A DNA stretch of 55,946 bases, taken from the NCBI GenBank assembly GCA_043809245.1, contig JAZDDZ010000003.1, positions 1 to 55,946 on the forward strand, given 5' to 3'. This stretch comes from Candidatus Iainarchaeum sp. (GTDB taxonomy: Archaea > Iainarchaeota > Iainarchaeia > Iainarchaeales > JAZDDZ01). The translations under genes and the position numbers were made by a program. This document shows positions 36,237 through 44,823 of this stretch, in pieces; within the stretch, counting starts at the first letter, position 1; every line of letters begins with the position of its first letter. A model generated the notes under the pieces. That model worked only from the letters and a program-made list of their open reading frames with translations. It was not told the origin of the DNA and did no database searches.

Positions 36237-36620
36237 ATGATGTTCTTCCTTTTCAGCATAATGGAGTTCGCAGGCGACTTCAATTTAGTTCTGAAAATAC
36301 TTGTTTTGCTTACGATTGCGAATTTCTCCCTGACACACCTTGGCAAGGGGCCAATGAGCTGGATTGTAATCATCGGCTTTGCGTACTTTGTTTTGTTCAG
36401 CAATTTATGGCTCTTGTTCGGGGGAGTATACCTCCTGTACATGCTGTTGATGTTCGGCTTCGGGCATATACTGATAGACTTCTTCTTCATCAGCGCTGGC
36501 TCAGGGCCAAAGCCAGAGGAAGAAATGGAGAGCCCTGTAAGCCACGGCGTGGACCTGGCAAAAAGGCAGAACCAGCTTGCCCATGCGAGAAGCTTTGCGC
36601 AGAAGTTTGTGAAAAGGTGA
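36237..36620 (+). CDS. Small membrane protein (paralog 1 of an LG-x-G/A family)
   Basis: Hydrophobic 127 aa; THLGKGPMSWIVIIGFAYFVLF. Confidence 0.7.
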   Translation: MMFFLFSIMEFAGDFNLVLKILVLLTIANFSLTHLGKGPMSWIVIIGFAYFVLFSNLWLLFGGVYLLYMLLMFGFGHILIDFFFISAGSGPKPEEEMESPVSHGVDLAKRQNQLAHARSFAQKFVKR

Positions 36621-36628
36621 ATGGATAA

Positions 36629-36985
36629 ATGCTTTCAAGAAAGGAATTTTTAGGGGAATTCGGGTTCATTGCAATTCCGCCAATACTCCTGCTTATTCTG
36701 GCGGGAATCGTTCTCCTGTTATTGCTTCCTCCTGCAGTGCTGTACATTTTTCCGCAGGCAAAGCTTTTGTTCCAGGTGATAATGATTTTCTCGGTTTACA
36801 TGCTTGTAAGGGGCTATCTTGGCAGCGGAATGCTTACAATCATTATTACCGCGGTGCTAATCTGGTTCCTTGTGTTCAAATACCCTGAAGTTACGGCTTC
36901 ACTTTATGTTTTCTGGATGCTTGTGATGTTCGGTGGGGTCTCAGTGCTTATCTGGGGAATTGGCACTGTTTTCCGGCCGCACTAG
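36629..36985 (+). CDS. Small membrane protein (paralog 2)
   Basis: Hydrophobic 118 aa; GYLGSGMLTIIITAVLIWFLVF. Confidence 0.75.
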   Translation: MLSRKEFLGEFGFIAIPPILLLILAGIVLLLLLPPAVLYIFPQAKLLFQVIMIFSVYMLVRGYLGSGMLTIIITAVLIWFLVFKYPEVTASLYVFWMLVMFGGVSVLIWGIGTVFRPH

Positions 36986-37038
36986 CGAAAGCGCAAGCAA
37001 TGAATGGTTTAAATAATTGAATGAGCAAAGATGTGTAA

Positions 37039-37302
37039 GTGAGCGGAATGTTTTTGGCAACAATTTCAAACGATCTGGTTGCGGACCTGGAAATAGTAAT
37101 CCTCCTGTTCATTTTCATATGGTTTTTTGCATGGTCAAAGGATAAGCTGGGTTCGGCAAAGCTGGCTGTGCTTTTCGCGGTGATAGCGATTTATTTCACT
37201 TTTTTCAGGTACAGGTACCTAATATGGATTGCGGTGGGCGTGCTTATTCTCGCGACATTCGGAAAGGACTTGTTTGAGAAAGCCGTGCCGTTCAAGAGCT
37301 GA
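37039..37302 (+). CDS. Small membrane protein (paralog 3)
   Basis: Hydrophobic 87 aa (alternative ATG 37048); DKLGSAKLAVLFAVIAIYFTFF; TTTAAATA at 37008-37015. Confidence 0.7.
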   Translation: MSGMFLATISNDLVADLEIVILLFIFIWFFAWSKDKLGSAKLAVLFAVIAIYFTFFRYRYLIWIAVGVLILATFGKDLFEKAVPFKS

Positions 37303-37308
37303 TGAAAA

Positions 37309-37629
37309 ATGGATACGTTTAATTTTCTGCTGGCATTGCTGATGATGATGCTTGCAATACAGTTCGGGCAGAACTGGATTGTCGCGGGCATAGTGCTGCT
37401 GCTTATTTTGACAGGAAAATCAATTATGGATGGGGTGCTTGTGATTGTTGCCGCTGCAGCGCTTTACTTTGTCGGCGCAAGCGACCTGAACACGTTCTGG
37501 CCTTACGTTGTATTCGGCCTGATGATTCTCGCAGTGGTCATAGGGCAGTCAAACAAGCCCGAACAGCAGCCATACGACATGTTAGGCGGCCTGGGCGGCT
37601 ACGGGGGCATGGGCGAAGGAATGATGTGA
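37309..37629 (+). CDS. Small membrane protein with Gly/Met-rich C-terminal tail
   Basis: About 4 short hydrophobic segments, ending GGLGGYGGMGEGMM. Confidence 0.7.
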   Translation: MDTFNFLLALLMMMLAIQFGQNWIVAGIVLLLILTGKSIMDGVLVIVAAAALYFVGASDLNTFWPYVVFGLMILAVVIGQSNKPEQQPYDMLGGLGGYGGMGEGMM

Positions 37630-38013
37630 ATGATTTTCCTTTACTCGCTTCTCTTCTTTGCACTGGCAATAATTCTCGCATACTATAATATGGGTGCGCT
37701 TGCGGCTTTCAGCGCATTCATCGGCTTCCTGCTTCTCATTGCATCCTTCCTTTCAAAGACCACAGGGGCTGCCAAAAAAATCGGCGGTGCGTTAAAAGAG
37801 GAAGGCAAAAGGGAATGGGAGGAAATGGAAAAGGCAAAGGCAAAGCTTCCTGACAAAGGCTATATGGTGAGCGCAGTCGGCGAAGCCGCGAAAAAAGCCG
37901 GGGAGGCAACTTTCGCGAAAAAAGAGGCAAAGTACACTTCCAATAAAATCTTTGAACGGCTTGAAAAAGGCGCAAAAAACTTCATCAATGCGTTTGGGAA
38001 AATATTCAGGTGA
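37630..38013 (+). CDS. Membrane protein with two N-terminal TM helices and a basic amphipathic C-terminus
   Basis: Abuts the previous stop codon; hydrophobic for aa 1-40, then Lys/Ala/Glu-rich helices. Confidence 0.7.
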   Translation: MIFLYSLLFFALAIILAYYNMGALAAFSAFIGFLLLIASFLSKTTGAAKKIGGALKEEGKREWEEMEKAKAKLPDKGYMVSAVGEAAKKAGEATFAKKEAKYTSNKIFERLEKGAKNFINAFGKIFR

Positions 38014-38017
38014 AAAA

Positions 38018-38365
38018 TCAGTAGTTGAATTTTCTTTCGTATTCTTTGTGGTTGTACCATTCAATTAAGACTGATATTATCTCAATGTCATTGCCCCGCA
38101 AGGTATAAATCAGCCTCCAGCCACTGGGCAAATCATATTTTCGCAGGTTGTCAATGTTGTATTTTTTTACGTATTCCTTTGGCCATAGGCTTGAAGGGAT
38201 TCTTATTCCACAAAGGGGATTTTCCTTCAAGTCATCAATTGCCCTTTTCAGAAAAGAAAATAACTGCTGCTCCTCGAATTTTCCCTTTCCAAGCTCTTCA
38301 AAGGCTTTCTTAATAGAATCATCGGCAAAAGCAACCAGCTTTACTCTCGCATGCCTTTGAGTCAT
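38018..38365 (-). CDS. RelE/ParE-like toxin
   Basis: LKENPLCGIRIP...NLRKYDLPSGWRLIYTL...HKEYERKFNY fits a RelE-fold pattern; overlaps the upstream wHTH gene by 4 nt. Confidence 0.65.
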   Translation of the reverse strand: MTQRHARVKLVAFADDSIKKAFEELGKGKFEEQQLFSFLKRAIDDLKENPLCGIRIPSSLWPKEYVKKYNIDNLRKYDLPSGWRLIYTLRGNDIEIISVLIEWYNHKEYERKFNY

Positions 38366-38646
38366 TTAACCACCAAACCGGAATTTTTGAGTTTTTGTAT
38401 TTCCGCAGGGGCCCAAACCCAGGAAACATGCTTGTCCTCTTCAAGCAGAATTTTTCCTGAATACTCAAGGTAATCAAGGGTTGTCAGATAAGTCTGCCAC
38501 ATTACCTTTTTGGGAAGCTTTTGCCAAATCTGCCTTACCGTAAGGTCACCTTTGGCTTTTCTTATGGTTTCCTCAACCATTAAAACCGTGTCAAGCCTCG
38601 GATAACGCAACACGCCTTTCTTGAAAATTTGCAGAGTTGATTGCAT
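38362..38646 (-). CDS. wHTH protein, probable antitoxin
   Basis: YPRLDTVLMVEETIRK...QIWQKLPKKVMWQTYLTTLDYLEYSGKI; coupled to the downstream toxin-like gene. Confidence 0.6.
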   Translation of the reverse strand: MQSTLQIFKKGVLRYPRLDTVLMVEETIRKAKGDLTVRQIWQKLPKKVMWQTYLTTLDYLEYSGKILLEEDKHVSWVWAPAEIQKLKNSGLVVK

Positions 38647-38722
38647 ACAAACCACTATATATCAATTGATATACAAAAATATTTAAACCTTCCCATACTG
38701 GAAAAAATCGCATAAACCGCGC

Positions 38723-39247
38723 CTATTTCTTTTTTGCAATCGCTGTTGCCAGATCCTTGTCGGCGAGCAAGACTTTTTTAAGCAGGGATTGGAGCGCGTC
38801 CTCTGAAGCCTTTATTTCCCCCAAATCCTTTTCAAGCTTTATTAATTTTTTTTCAACCGAGGAAAGCTTTGCGGAAACAGCATTTAACTCAGGTGGAGAC
38901 TGGATTGATGAAATTCTTTCGCGCAGTTCCTGCACGCTGTTGTGCACTTCTCCAAGCCTTTCACCGTGCTCTTCAAGTGCGGCGTGTGTTGTGGTGTGGG
39001 CAAGCGCCTGCTCTTCCGCAGCGGAATCAATGTGTTCCCTCATGCTTTCCGCGGTTTTTTCCGAAATCAAATCACCGGAGCCTGCTCCCTCCAATGGCTT
39101 TCCCGCGCCCTTTGCCTCTGCCATGACGCTTTCAATTTCATCCCTGCCCAATCCGATGTCTCCAAGCGTTTCCTTAACTGTTTCGTCGCCAATGCCTGAT
39201 GCGTACATTTTTTTCACTGTTTCAATGACAACTTCCTTATCAACCAT
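38723..39247 (-). CDS. Coiled-coil protein of unknown function
   Basis: Short helical N-domain followed by heptad-rich LSSVEKKLIKLEKDLGEIKASEDALQSLLKKVL; divergent from the HerA-like gene across an AT-rich TATA region. Confidence 0.7.
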   Translation of the reverse strand: MVDKEVVIETVKKMYASGIGDETVKETLGDIGLGRDEIESVMAEAKGAGKPLEGAGSGDLISEKTAESMREHIDSAAEEQALAHTTTHAALEEHGERLGEVHNSVQELRERISSIQSPPELNAVSAKLSSVEKKLIKLEKDLGEIKASEDALQSLLKKVLLADKDLATAIAKKK

Positions 39248-39337
39248 AACAAAACTCCCGCCAGATGATGCAAAGCCACTATAATTGAAAGGGCAACAAA
39301 TATATATACTTTATTTTTCTATTAATAGGGTTTCTTA

Positions 39338-40870
39338 ATGGAGCTTTTCAAGATAGCAAACGGCCCCTGGAGGCAGATATTCCAGGGAAGCTTTCAGGGC
39401 CACGAACTAGAGGTTTACGCAAACCCTGACAACATACTGCTTTCAATGGTGTTAGACATTGAAAAAAAGCAGATTGTAGGCACTATTTTCCAGCTGTACA
39501 AGGTTTTCTCCGCTACAGGGGAAATAGAGGGTTTTGTGGAAAGCCTTCCAAGGGAAGTGTTAGTACTTGAAAGGCATGAAAAAAACGAAACCTTGAAATT
39601 TTTGATGCTTGGAAGCAATGCGGCTTACGTGAAATTCAAGGAAAACGAATTCATCAACGAAGTGGAGGCTGCATTCAAGCGCGTTGAAATGTCCTCCACA
39701 ATGATCAAGGACATATCCAAGGCTTACGGCTTAACGCTTGATGAATTAAAGGACGCGAGCGAGAAGGCAAAAGGAAGTTTTTTCGCGCAGCCGCTGCTTA
39801 TCCCAATGCTTGGCGCTTCAACAGGCGGCGGAATACAGCCGGGGGAAACGCAGGAATCTTCCCCGGGAACATTTGCCCCTGTGGCGAAAGGAGAAGTGAT
39901 GCTTGGCTTGACAAAGGAAAAAAAGCCCGTGCTTGAGCCGTTCAACTTTTTCCAGAGGACAATAATTGCGGGAGGGGAAAACGCGCAAAGAAAGCACGCG
40001 CTTCACGTGCTAATCGAGGGAGCGCTCCTTTCAAACATCGCGGTTACATTGATTGATTTTGGCAACGAATTCCACGGGTTAAGCGAGGGCTCAAAGGAAA
40101 CAGGGGAGCTTAAAAAATACGGGATTGACATGGACCCGATTGGCTTTCCTGTAAAGCAGTTCAGGCCCGGAAAAGAGGTTTTCGTGGATTTTGAGGCAAC
40201 AGACGGAAAAGGGCTGCTTGATTTGTTCGGCGCTGGTGAAAGCGCAGCGGCAGATGCAATAGACCTTGCGATAAGGAAGGAAAAGCCAAAGGACGCAAAG
40301 GACCTGAGCCAAAAAATAAAGCTGATGCCATTGACCGATGAATTCACGGATTACCAGAAAAACAAGGCGGTAAGAATTGTGACCCTGATAACCCTGAGCT
40401 ATCCTGAGCTGTTCAAGGCAAAAAACACTTTTGACGAGATATCGAAAAGCTGGGTGAAGTCAATTGGAAGGGCGGGAATAATTAACCTGAAGGATACTGA
40501 TGCAAGGCAGGCATTGCTTATAGTGAACAATGTCGTGAACGGAGTGATTGAAAGGTTCAAGGCAACGGAGAGGACGATGAGCACCAAGGCGCTTATCGTG
40601 ATTCCGGATGCGGAAAAAATAATAGGAAGGGCAGGCAAGGAGATTCTTGCAGTGCAGACCGCAAAGGCACTGGCAGAGGGCCCGCTTTACGGAGTGGCAT
40701 TCGCTGTCAGCGCGGAAAGGGAACTGGACCTGGCGGAAGAACTGTCAAAAACAGCCGACGCCAGAATCGAGCTAATATCGGGAAACGACGCGGGAGTGCA
40801 GCTGAAAAACAAGAAGGCATACAGGGTTTTCCTCAGGCCAGCGTTAAGCAAATGCACTGAAAAAAATTAG
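39338..40870 (+). CDS. Degenerate HerA/VirB4 (DUF87/DUF853-like) ATPase homolog
   Basis: FQRTIIAGGENAQRKHALHVLIEGALLSNIAVTLIDFGNEFHGL follows the HerA-like strand, P-loop, helix, hhhD layout, but GKT is absent. The Walker B-like segment reads LIVIPDAEK. Confidence 0.65.
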   Translation: MELFKIANGPWRQIFQGSFQGHELEVYANPDNILLSMVLDIEKKQIVGTIFQLYKVFSATGEIEGFVESLPREVLVLERHEKNETLKFLMLGSNAAYVKFKENEFINEVEAAFKRVEMSSTMIKDISKAYGLTLDELKDASEKAKGSFFAQPLLIPMLGASTGGGIQPGETQESSPGTFAPVAKGEVMLGLTKEKKPVLEPFNFFQRTIIAGGENAQRKHALHVLIEGALLSNIAVTLIDFGNEFHGLSEGSKETGELKKYGIDMDPIGFPVKQFRPGKEVFVDFEATDGKGLLDLFGAGESAAADAIDLAIRKEKPKDAKDLSQKIKLMPLTDEFTDYQKNKAVRIVTLITLSYPELFKAKNTFDEISKSWVKSIGRAGIINLKDTDARQALLIVNNVVNGVIERFKATERTMSTKALIVIPDAEKIIGRAGKEILAVQTAKALAEGPLYGVAFAVSAERELDLAEELSKTADARIELISGNDAGVQLKNKKAYRVFLRPALSKCTEKN

Positions 40871-41401
40871 TCACTTTTTTTTCTTTTCAGAGCCGGAAAG
40901 CCTTTTATCGATGAGCGCTTCCACGTCGTCAAAGGAGACAAGCTTTAATGGGTTAATTGCCTCAACCATCAGCTTCAATTCCTTCACGTCGCTAGACTTT
41001 GCATAAGTTTCCCTAATCGTTTCAACTGCGGAACGCAGTTCCTCTAGTGCCGCGGTGTTCCTTGAAATCTCGGACTGCAGGGAAGAAACATTGTTGCTCA
41101 AGTCGACTGATGCCTCGCCATTGCCTCCCCCTGAGCTTAATGCAATTCCGGAGCCAGATGCAATGGATTCCTCAATGCTTTTGATTTTCTTGTTCAAAAC
41201 AAGGAGATTCCTGCCCAAAATCTTTTCATTTCTCACGAGATAGTTTATTTTCTGCGAAATAATGAGTACGCTTGAATTAAGCGCCCTTATGTCGCGGTTA
41301 AGCGCGTCAAAGAGGAAGGTTGGCTTGCTTACAACAACCCTCTGCTGTCCGGGAACCTGATTTGATACTTCTCCAGGCCTCATGGGCCTTTCATGCGGCA
41401 T
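40871..41401 (-). CDS. Coiled-coil protein of unknown function
   Basis: Two heptad segments joined by a Gly/Ser linker, with C-terminal INPLKLVSFDDVEALIDKRL. Confidence 0.7.
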   Translation of the reverse strand: MPHERPMRPGEVSNQVPGQQRVVVSKPTFLFDALNRDIRALNSSVLIISQKINYLVRNEKILGRNLLVLNKKIKSIEESIASGSGIALSSGGGNGEASVDLSNNVSSLQSEISRNTAALEELRSAVETIRETYAKSSDVKELKLMVEAINPLKLVSFDDVEALIDKRLSGSEKKKK

Positions 41402-41446
41402 TTGGATGACACCTAAAATTAAATAGCAGTTGATGCTTAAAAATAT

Positions 41447-43870
41447 ATGCCCATGAACGAAGTGAAAGGACTGCTATTGGACATTGACTATTCCGCCAAC
41501 GAAAAAGAAGAGTCGGAAATAGAGCTTTACGTCAAAACCGAACAGGGAGTTAAGGTTTTCAGGGAGAAAAAATTCAGGCCCTATTTTTATGTGATTGCAA
41601 AAAACGCGCTGAAGCTGAAAAAAGAGCTGGATGCAATGGAACTCGGGGAGGAAAAAATCAGGCCGTTAAAAGTTGAGCTTGCGGAAAAAGAAAACGAAAA
41701 AAACGCGCTGAAGCTTTCCTTCAGGAACACAAAGGAGTTAAGCATTGCAAGGGAATCTGTGAAGGAATTAAGCGATGTAATTGAGCGCAGGGAATACGAC
41801 ATTCCGTTCACGAAAAGGTTTCTCATTGACAATGGCCTGGAGCCGATGAATGGTGTTCGGCTGAAGGAAGAAAACGGGGAGATAAAGGAAATCCGTGCGT
41901 TAGATTTGGGGGAGAAAAGCATTGCTGATTTAAGGATAGGCGCTTTTGACCTTGAGACTTTCACGAGCGCGGGCTTCACAAATCCCGCGAAAGACGAAAT
42001 AGTGATGATTTCATACGCGGACCAGGAAGAGTCTGTTGTGTGGACAACGAAGAAAGTGAATGGGGCTGGCTTTGTTAAAACCGTTGAAAGCGAATCCGAA
42101 ATGATTAAGGCGCTTGTTGAAAAAATCAGGGAAAAAAAACTGGACTTGATTGTCACTTACAACGGCGACCTTTTTGATTTTCCCTTCATCGAGGAAAGGG
42201 CGAAAAGGCTTGGGGTGAAGCTTTTCTTCGGGGAACTGGGGGCAAAGCCCATAGTGAAGAGGAAGGGATTGCATAACGCGGTAAGGCTCAGGGGAATGCA
42301 GCACATTGACGCATACCAGCTGATGAGGCTTGCCGCGCGCTTTGGAATCGTGAACGTGTTAAAGTTTGATTTGGAAACAGTGGCTGAGGCGCTTTTCGGC
42401 AAAAAGAAATCGAAAATCCACATGAAGGAAATAAACGAAATCTGGCTGACCGGAAAAGGCCTGAATGAGTTGGCGGTTTACAACAAAGAGGACTCTGAGG
42501 CAACGCTGAAAATTGCGTTAAGGTTTTTGCCATTGGTTGTCGAGTTAAGCAAGCTCGTGAAGCAGACGCCTTACGACATAGTGAGGGGCTCAAGCGGAAT
42601 TCTTGTTGAATACCTTTTGATAAACCGCGCGTTCAATTCAAACCAGCTGATTCCCAACAAGCCAATGGAGGCTGAAGTGAAGGCGCGCGTGATGCAGACA
42701 TTCAAGGGAGGATATGTCAAGGAGCCGATGCCTGGATTGCATGAAAACATTGCAGTGCTTGACTTCCAGAGCCTGCATCCATCAATAATGATTTCGCACA
42801 ACATTTCCCCTGAAACAATCAACTGCGCGCACAACGCCTGCAAAACGGGAAAAAATGTTTCCCCTTCCAAGGACTGGTTCTGCGAAAAAGAAAAGGGATT
42901 CATTTCAGGGGCACTTGAAGAAATACTGAACAAAAGGATTGCAATCAAGAAAGAGATGAGGTCGCTTGACAAAAAATCCGAGGAATTTGTTTCGCTTGAC
43001 GCAAAACAGCATGCGCTGAAAATTGTCCTGAATTCATTTTATGGTTCGCTTGGCTATTCAAGGTTTCGCTGGTATAGCCGCGAGTGCGCTCAGGCGGTAA
43101 CCGCCTGGAGCAGGCACTACATCCGCGACGTATTGCATGATGCGGAAAAAAAAGGATTCACAGCGCTTTATTCTGACACTGATTCGGCCCTATTGATTGT
43201 GCCAAAAGGAAAAACAGTTGATGATGTGAAAAGTTTTGTTGAAAAAATCAATGAAGGGCTGCCGGGCGTGATGGAGCTGGAGTTCGAAGGCTACTACAAG
43301 CGCGGGATATTTGTCACGAAAAAAGAGGGAGGCGCCGCGAAAAAAAGATATGCCTTGGTTGACTTCAACGGAAACCTGACAATTGTTGGCTTTGAGTATG
43401 TTAGGAGGGACTGGGCGCGAATTGCAAAGGAAACCCAGCGCGAAGTCATTGAAGCTGTGCTCAAGGAGGGAAAGCCTGAGAAAGCGATTGCAATTGTCAG
43501 GGAAAAAATAGAGGCGCTCAAAAAAGGGAAAGTGAAAAAAGAAGAATTGGTTATACTTACGCAGGTGAAAAAAGGTTTAAGGGAGTATGAGTCAATTGGG
43601 CCGCACATTGCCGCTGCATTGAAGGCGGAAAAAATCGGAAGGATTGTAAGCACAGGGGAAACTGTTGGCTACATTGTCACAAAGTCAGGGAAAAGCATTT
43701 CAGACAAGGCAAGGCTAGAGGAGTTCGTTAAAGAGGGGGACTACGATGCAGACTACTACATAAGCCACCAGGTTGTTCCCGCTGTCAGCAAGATAATGGC
43801 TGAACTGGGCTATAGCGCAGAAGACCTCGTGCACGGTGGAAAGCAGAAAACCCTTGGGGCTTTTTCTTAA
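41447..43870 (+). CDS. polB: Family B DNA polymerase (archaeal type), no intein
   Basis: Exonuclease motifs FDLET, YNGDLFDF, YNKED; polymerase motifs DFQSLHPS, KIVLNSFYG, YSDTDS, KKRY, RRDW. Confidence 0.97.
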   Translation: MPMNEVKGLLLDIDYSANEKEESEIELYVKTEQGVKVFREKKFRPYFYVIAKNALKLKKELDAMELGEEKIRPLKVELAEKENEKNALKLSFRNTKELSIARESVKELSDVIERREYDIPFTKRFLIDNGLEPMNGVRLKEENGEIKEIRALDLGEKSIADLRIGAFDLETFTSAGFTNPAKDEIVMISYADQEESVVWTTKKVNGAGFVKTVESESEMIKALVEKIREKKLDLIVTYNGDLFDFPFIEERAKRLGVKLFFGELGAKPIVKRKGLHNAVRLRGMQHIDAYQLMRLAARFGIVNVLKFDLETVAEALFGKKKSKIHMKEINEIWLTGKGLNELAVYNKEDSEATLKIALRFLPLVVELSKLVKQTPYDIVRGSSGILVEYLLINRAFNSNQLIPNKPMEAEVKARVMQTFKGGYVKEPMPGLHENIAVLDFQSLHPSIMISHNISPETINCAHNACKTGKNVSPSKDWFCEKEKGFISGALEEILNKRIAIKKEMRSLDKKSEEFVSLDAKQHALKIVLNSFYGSLGYSRFRWYSRECAQAVTAWSRHYIRDVLHDAEKKGFTALYSDTDSALLIVPKGKTVDDVKSFVEKINEGLPGVMELEFEGYYKRGIFVTKKEGGAAKKRYALVDFNGNLTIVGFEYVRRDWARIAKETQREVIEAVLKEGKPEKAIAIVREKIEALKKGKVKKEELVILTQVKKGLREYESIGPHIAAALKAEKIGRIVSTGETVGYIVTKSGKSISDKARLEEFVKEGDYDADYYISHQVVPAVSKIMAELGYSAEDLVHGGKQKTLGAFS

Positions 43871-43925
43871 AGCATGGTTTTTTATCCCTTTTCCGGTAAA
43901 AGCTTTTGAAAGGCGGGATTAAAGG

Positions 43926-44822
43926 ATGGATGAAGAAACAGTTGAAAAATACGTTAAGGCAGGCAAAATACTGAAAAAGGTGCAGGAAAACGCAAGAAAA
44001 AGCATCAAGCCAGGGCAAAAAATGCTTGAAATAGCAGAAAAAATAGAGAAAGAGATAGTTGGCGAGGGTGGACAGGCGGCTTTTCCCGTGAACCTCTCCA
44101 GGAACAATTTTGCAGCGCATTTCACGCCTTCAACCAGCGATGAAGCGGTTGTCGGTGAAAAGGATGTATTAAAAGTGGACATAGGGGTTCACATTGACGG
44201 TTTTATTGCGGATTCGGCTTTCACGCTTGATTTTTCAGGGGAAAACGGAAAGCTTTTGGAGGCATCAGAGAAGGCGCTGCAGAACGCGCTTTCAATGGTG
44301 AAAGAAGGCCAGGAAATCGGAAAAATCGGCGCGGAAATAGAGAAAACCATTAAATCGTATGGCTTCAATCCAATCCAAAACCTTTCAGGCCACGGCTTAG
44401 GGCAATGGGTTCAGCATGGTGCGCCGACTATCCCGAATATCGCCAAAAATGACAAAAGGAAATTAGAGGATGGAATCGCGTTTGCAATAGAGCCATTTGC
44501 AACAGACGGATTAGGTTTTGTCAAAGAAGGCGTGCAGGCGGAAATATTCCAGCTGGATGAGCCGAAGCCGACTAGAAACAAGGATTCAAGGAAAATAATT
44601 GAATTCGTTGATGAAAATTATAAATCGCTTCCATTCGCGGAAAGGTGGATTGCAAAAGAATTAAAGCTAAGCGACTTTGCGAGAAAAATCGCGTTAAGGG
44701 AGCTGTTGAAAAACAAGGGCATCAGTGCTTTTCCCATACTCCACGAGGAAAACGGAAAACTTGTGTCCCAAGCGGAAACCAGCATAATTTTAAACAACGG
44801 CAGCGTAATAATTCTGGTTTGA
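43926..44822 (+). CDS. map: Type II methionine aminopeptidase
   Basis: AFPVNLSRNNFAAHFTP, KVDIGVHIDGFIADSA, NLSGH, FAIEPF, LPFAERW, SQAETS. Confidence 0.96.
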   Translation: MDEETVEKYVKAGKILKKVQENARKSIKPGQKMLEIAEKIEKEIVGEGGQAAFPVNLSRNNFAAHFTPSTSDEAVVGEKDVLKVDIGVHIDGFIADSAFTLDFSGENGKLLEASEKALQNALSMVKEGQEIGKIGAEIEKTIKSYGFNPIQNLSGHGLGQWVQHGAPTIPNIAKNDKRKLEDGIAFAIEPFATDGLGFVKEGVQAEIFQLDEPKPTRNKDSRKIIEFVDENYKSLPFAERWIAKELKLSDFARKIALRELLKNKGISAFPILHEENGKLVSQAETSIILNNGSVIILV

Positions 44823-44823
44823 A

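Noticed and set aside
41447-43870. Intein or split in PolB
   Set aside because: The 807 aa length and contiguous motifs leave no room for an intein.
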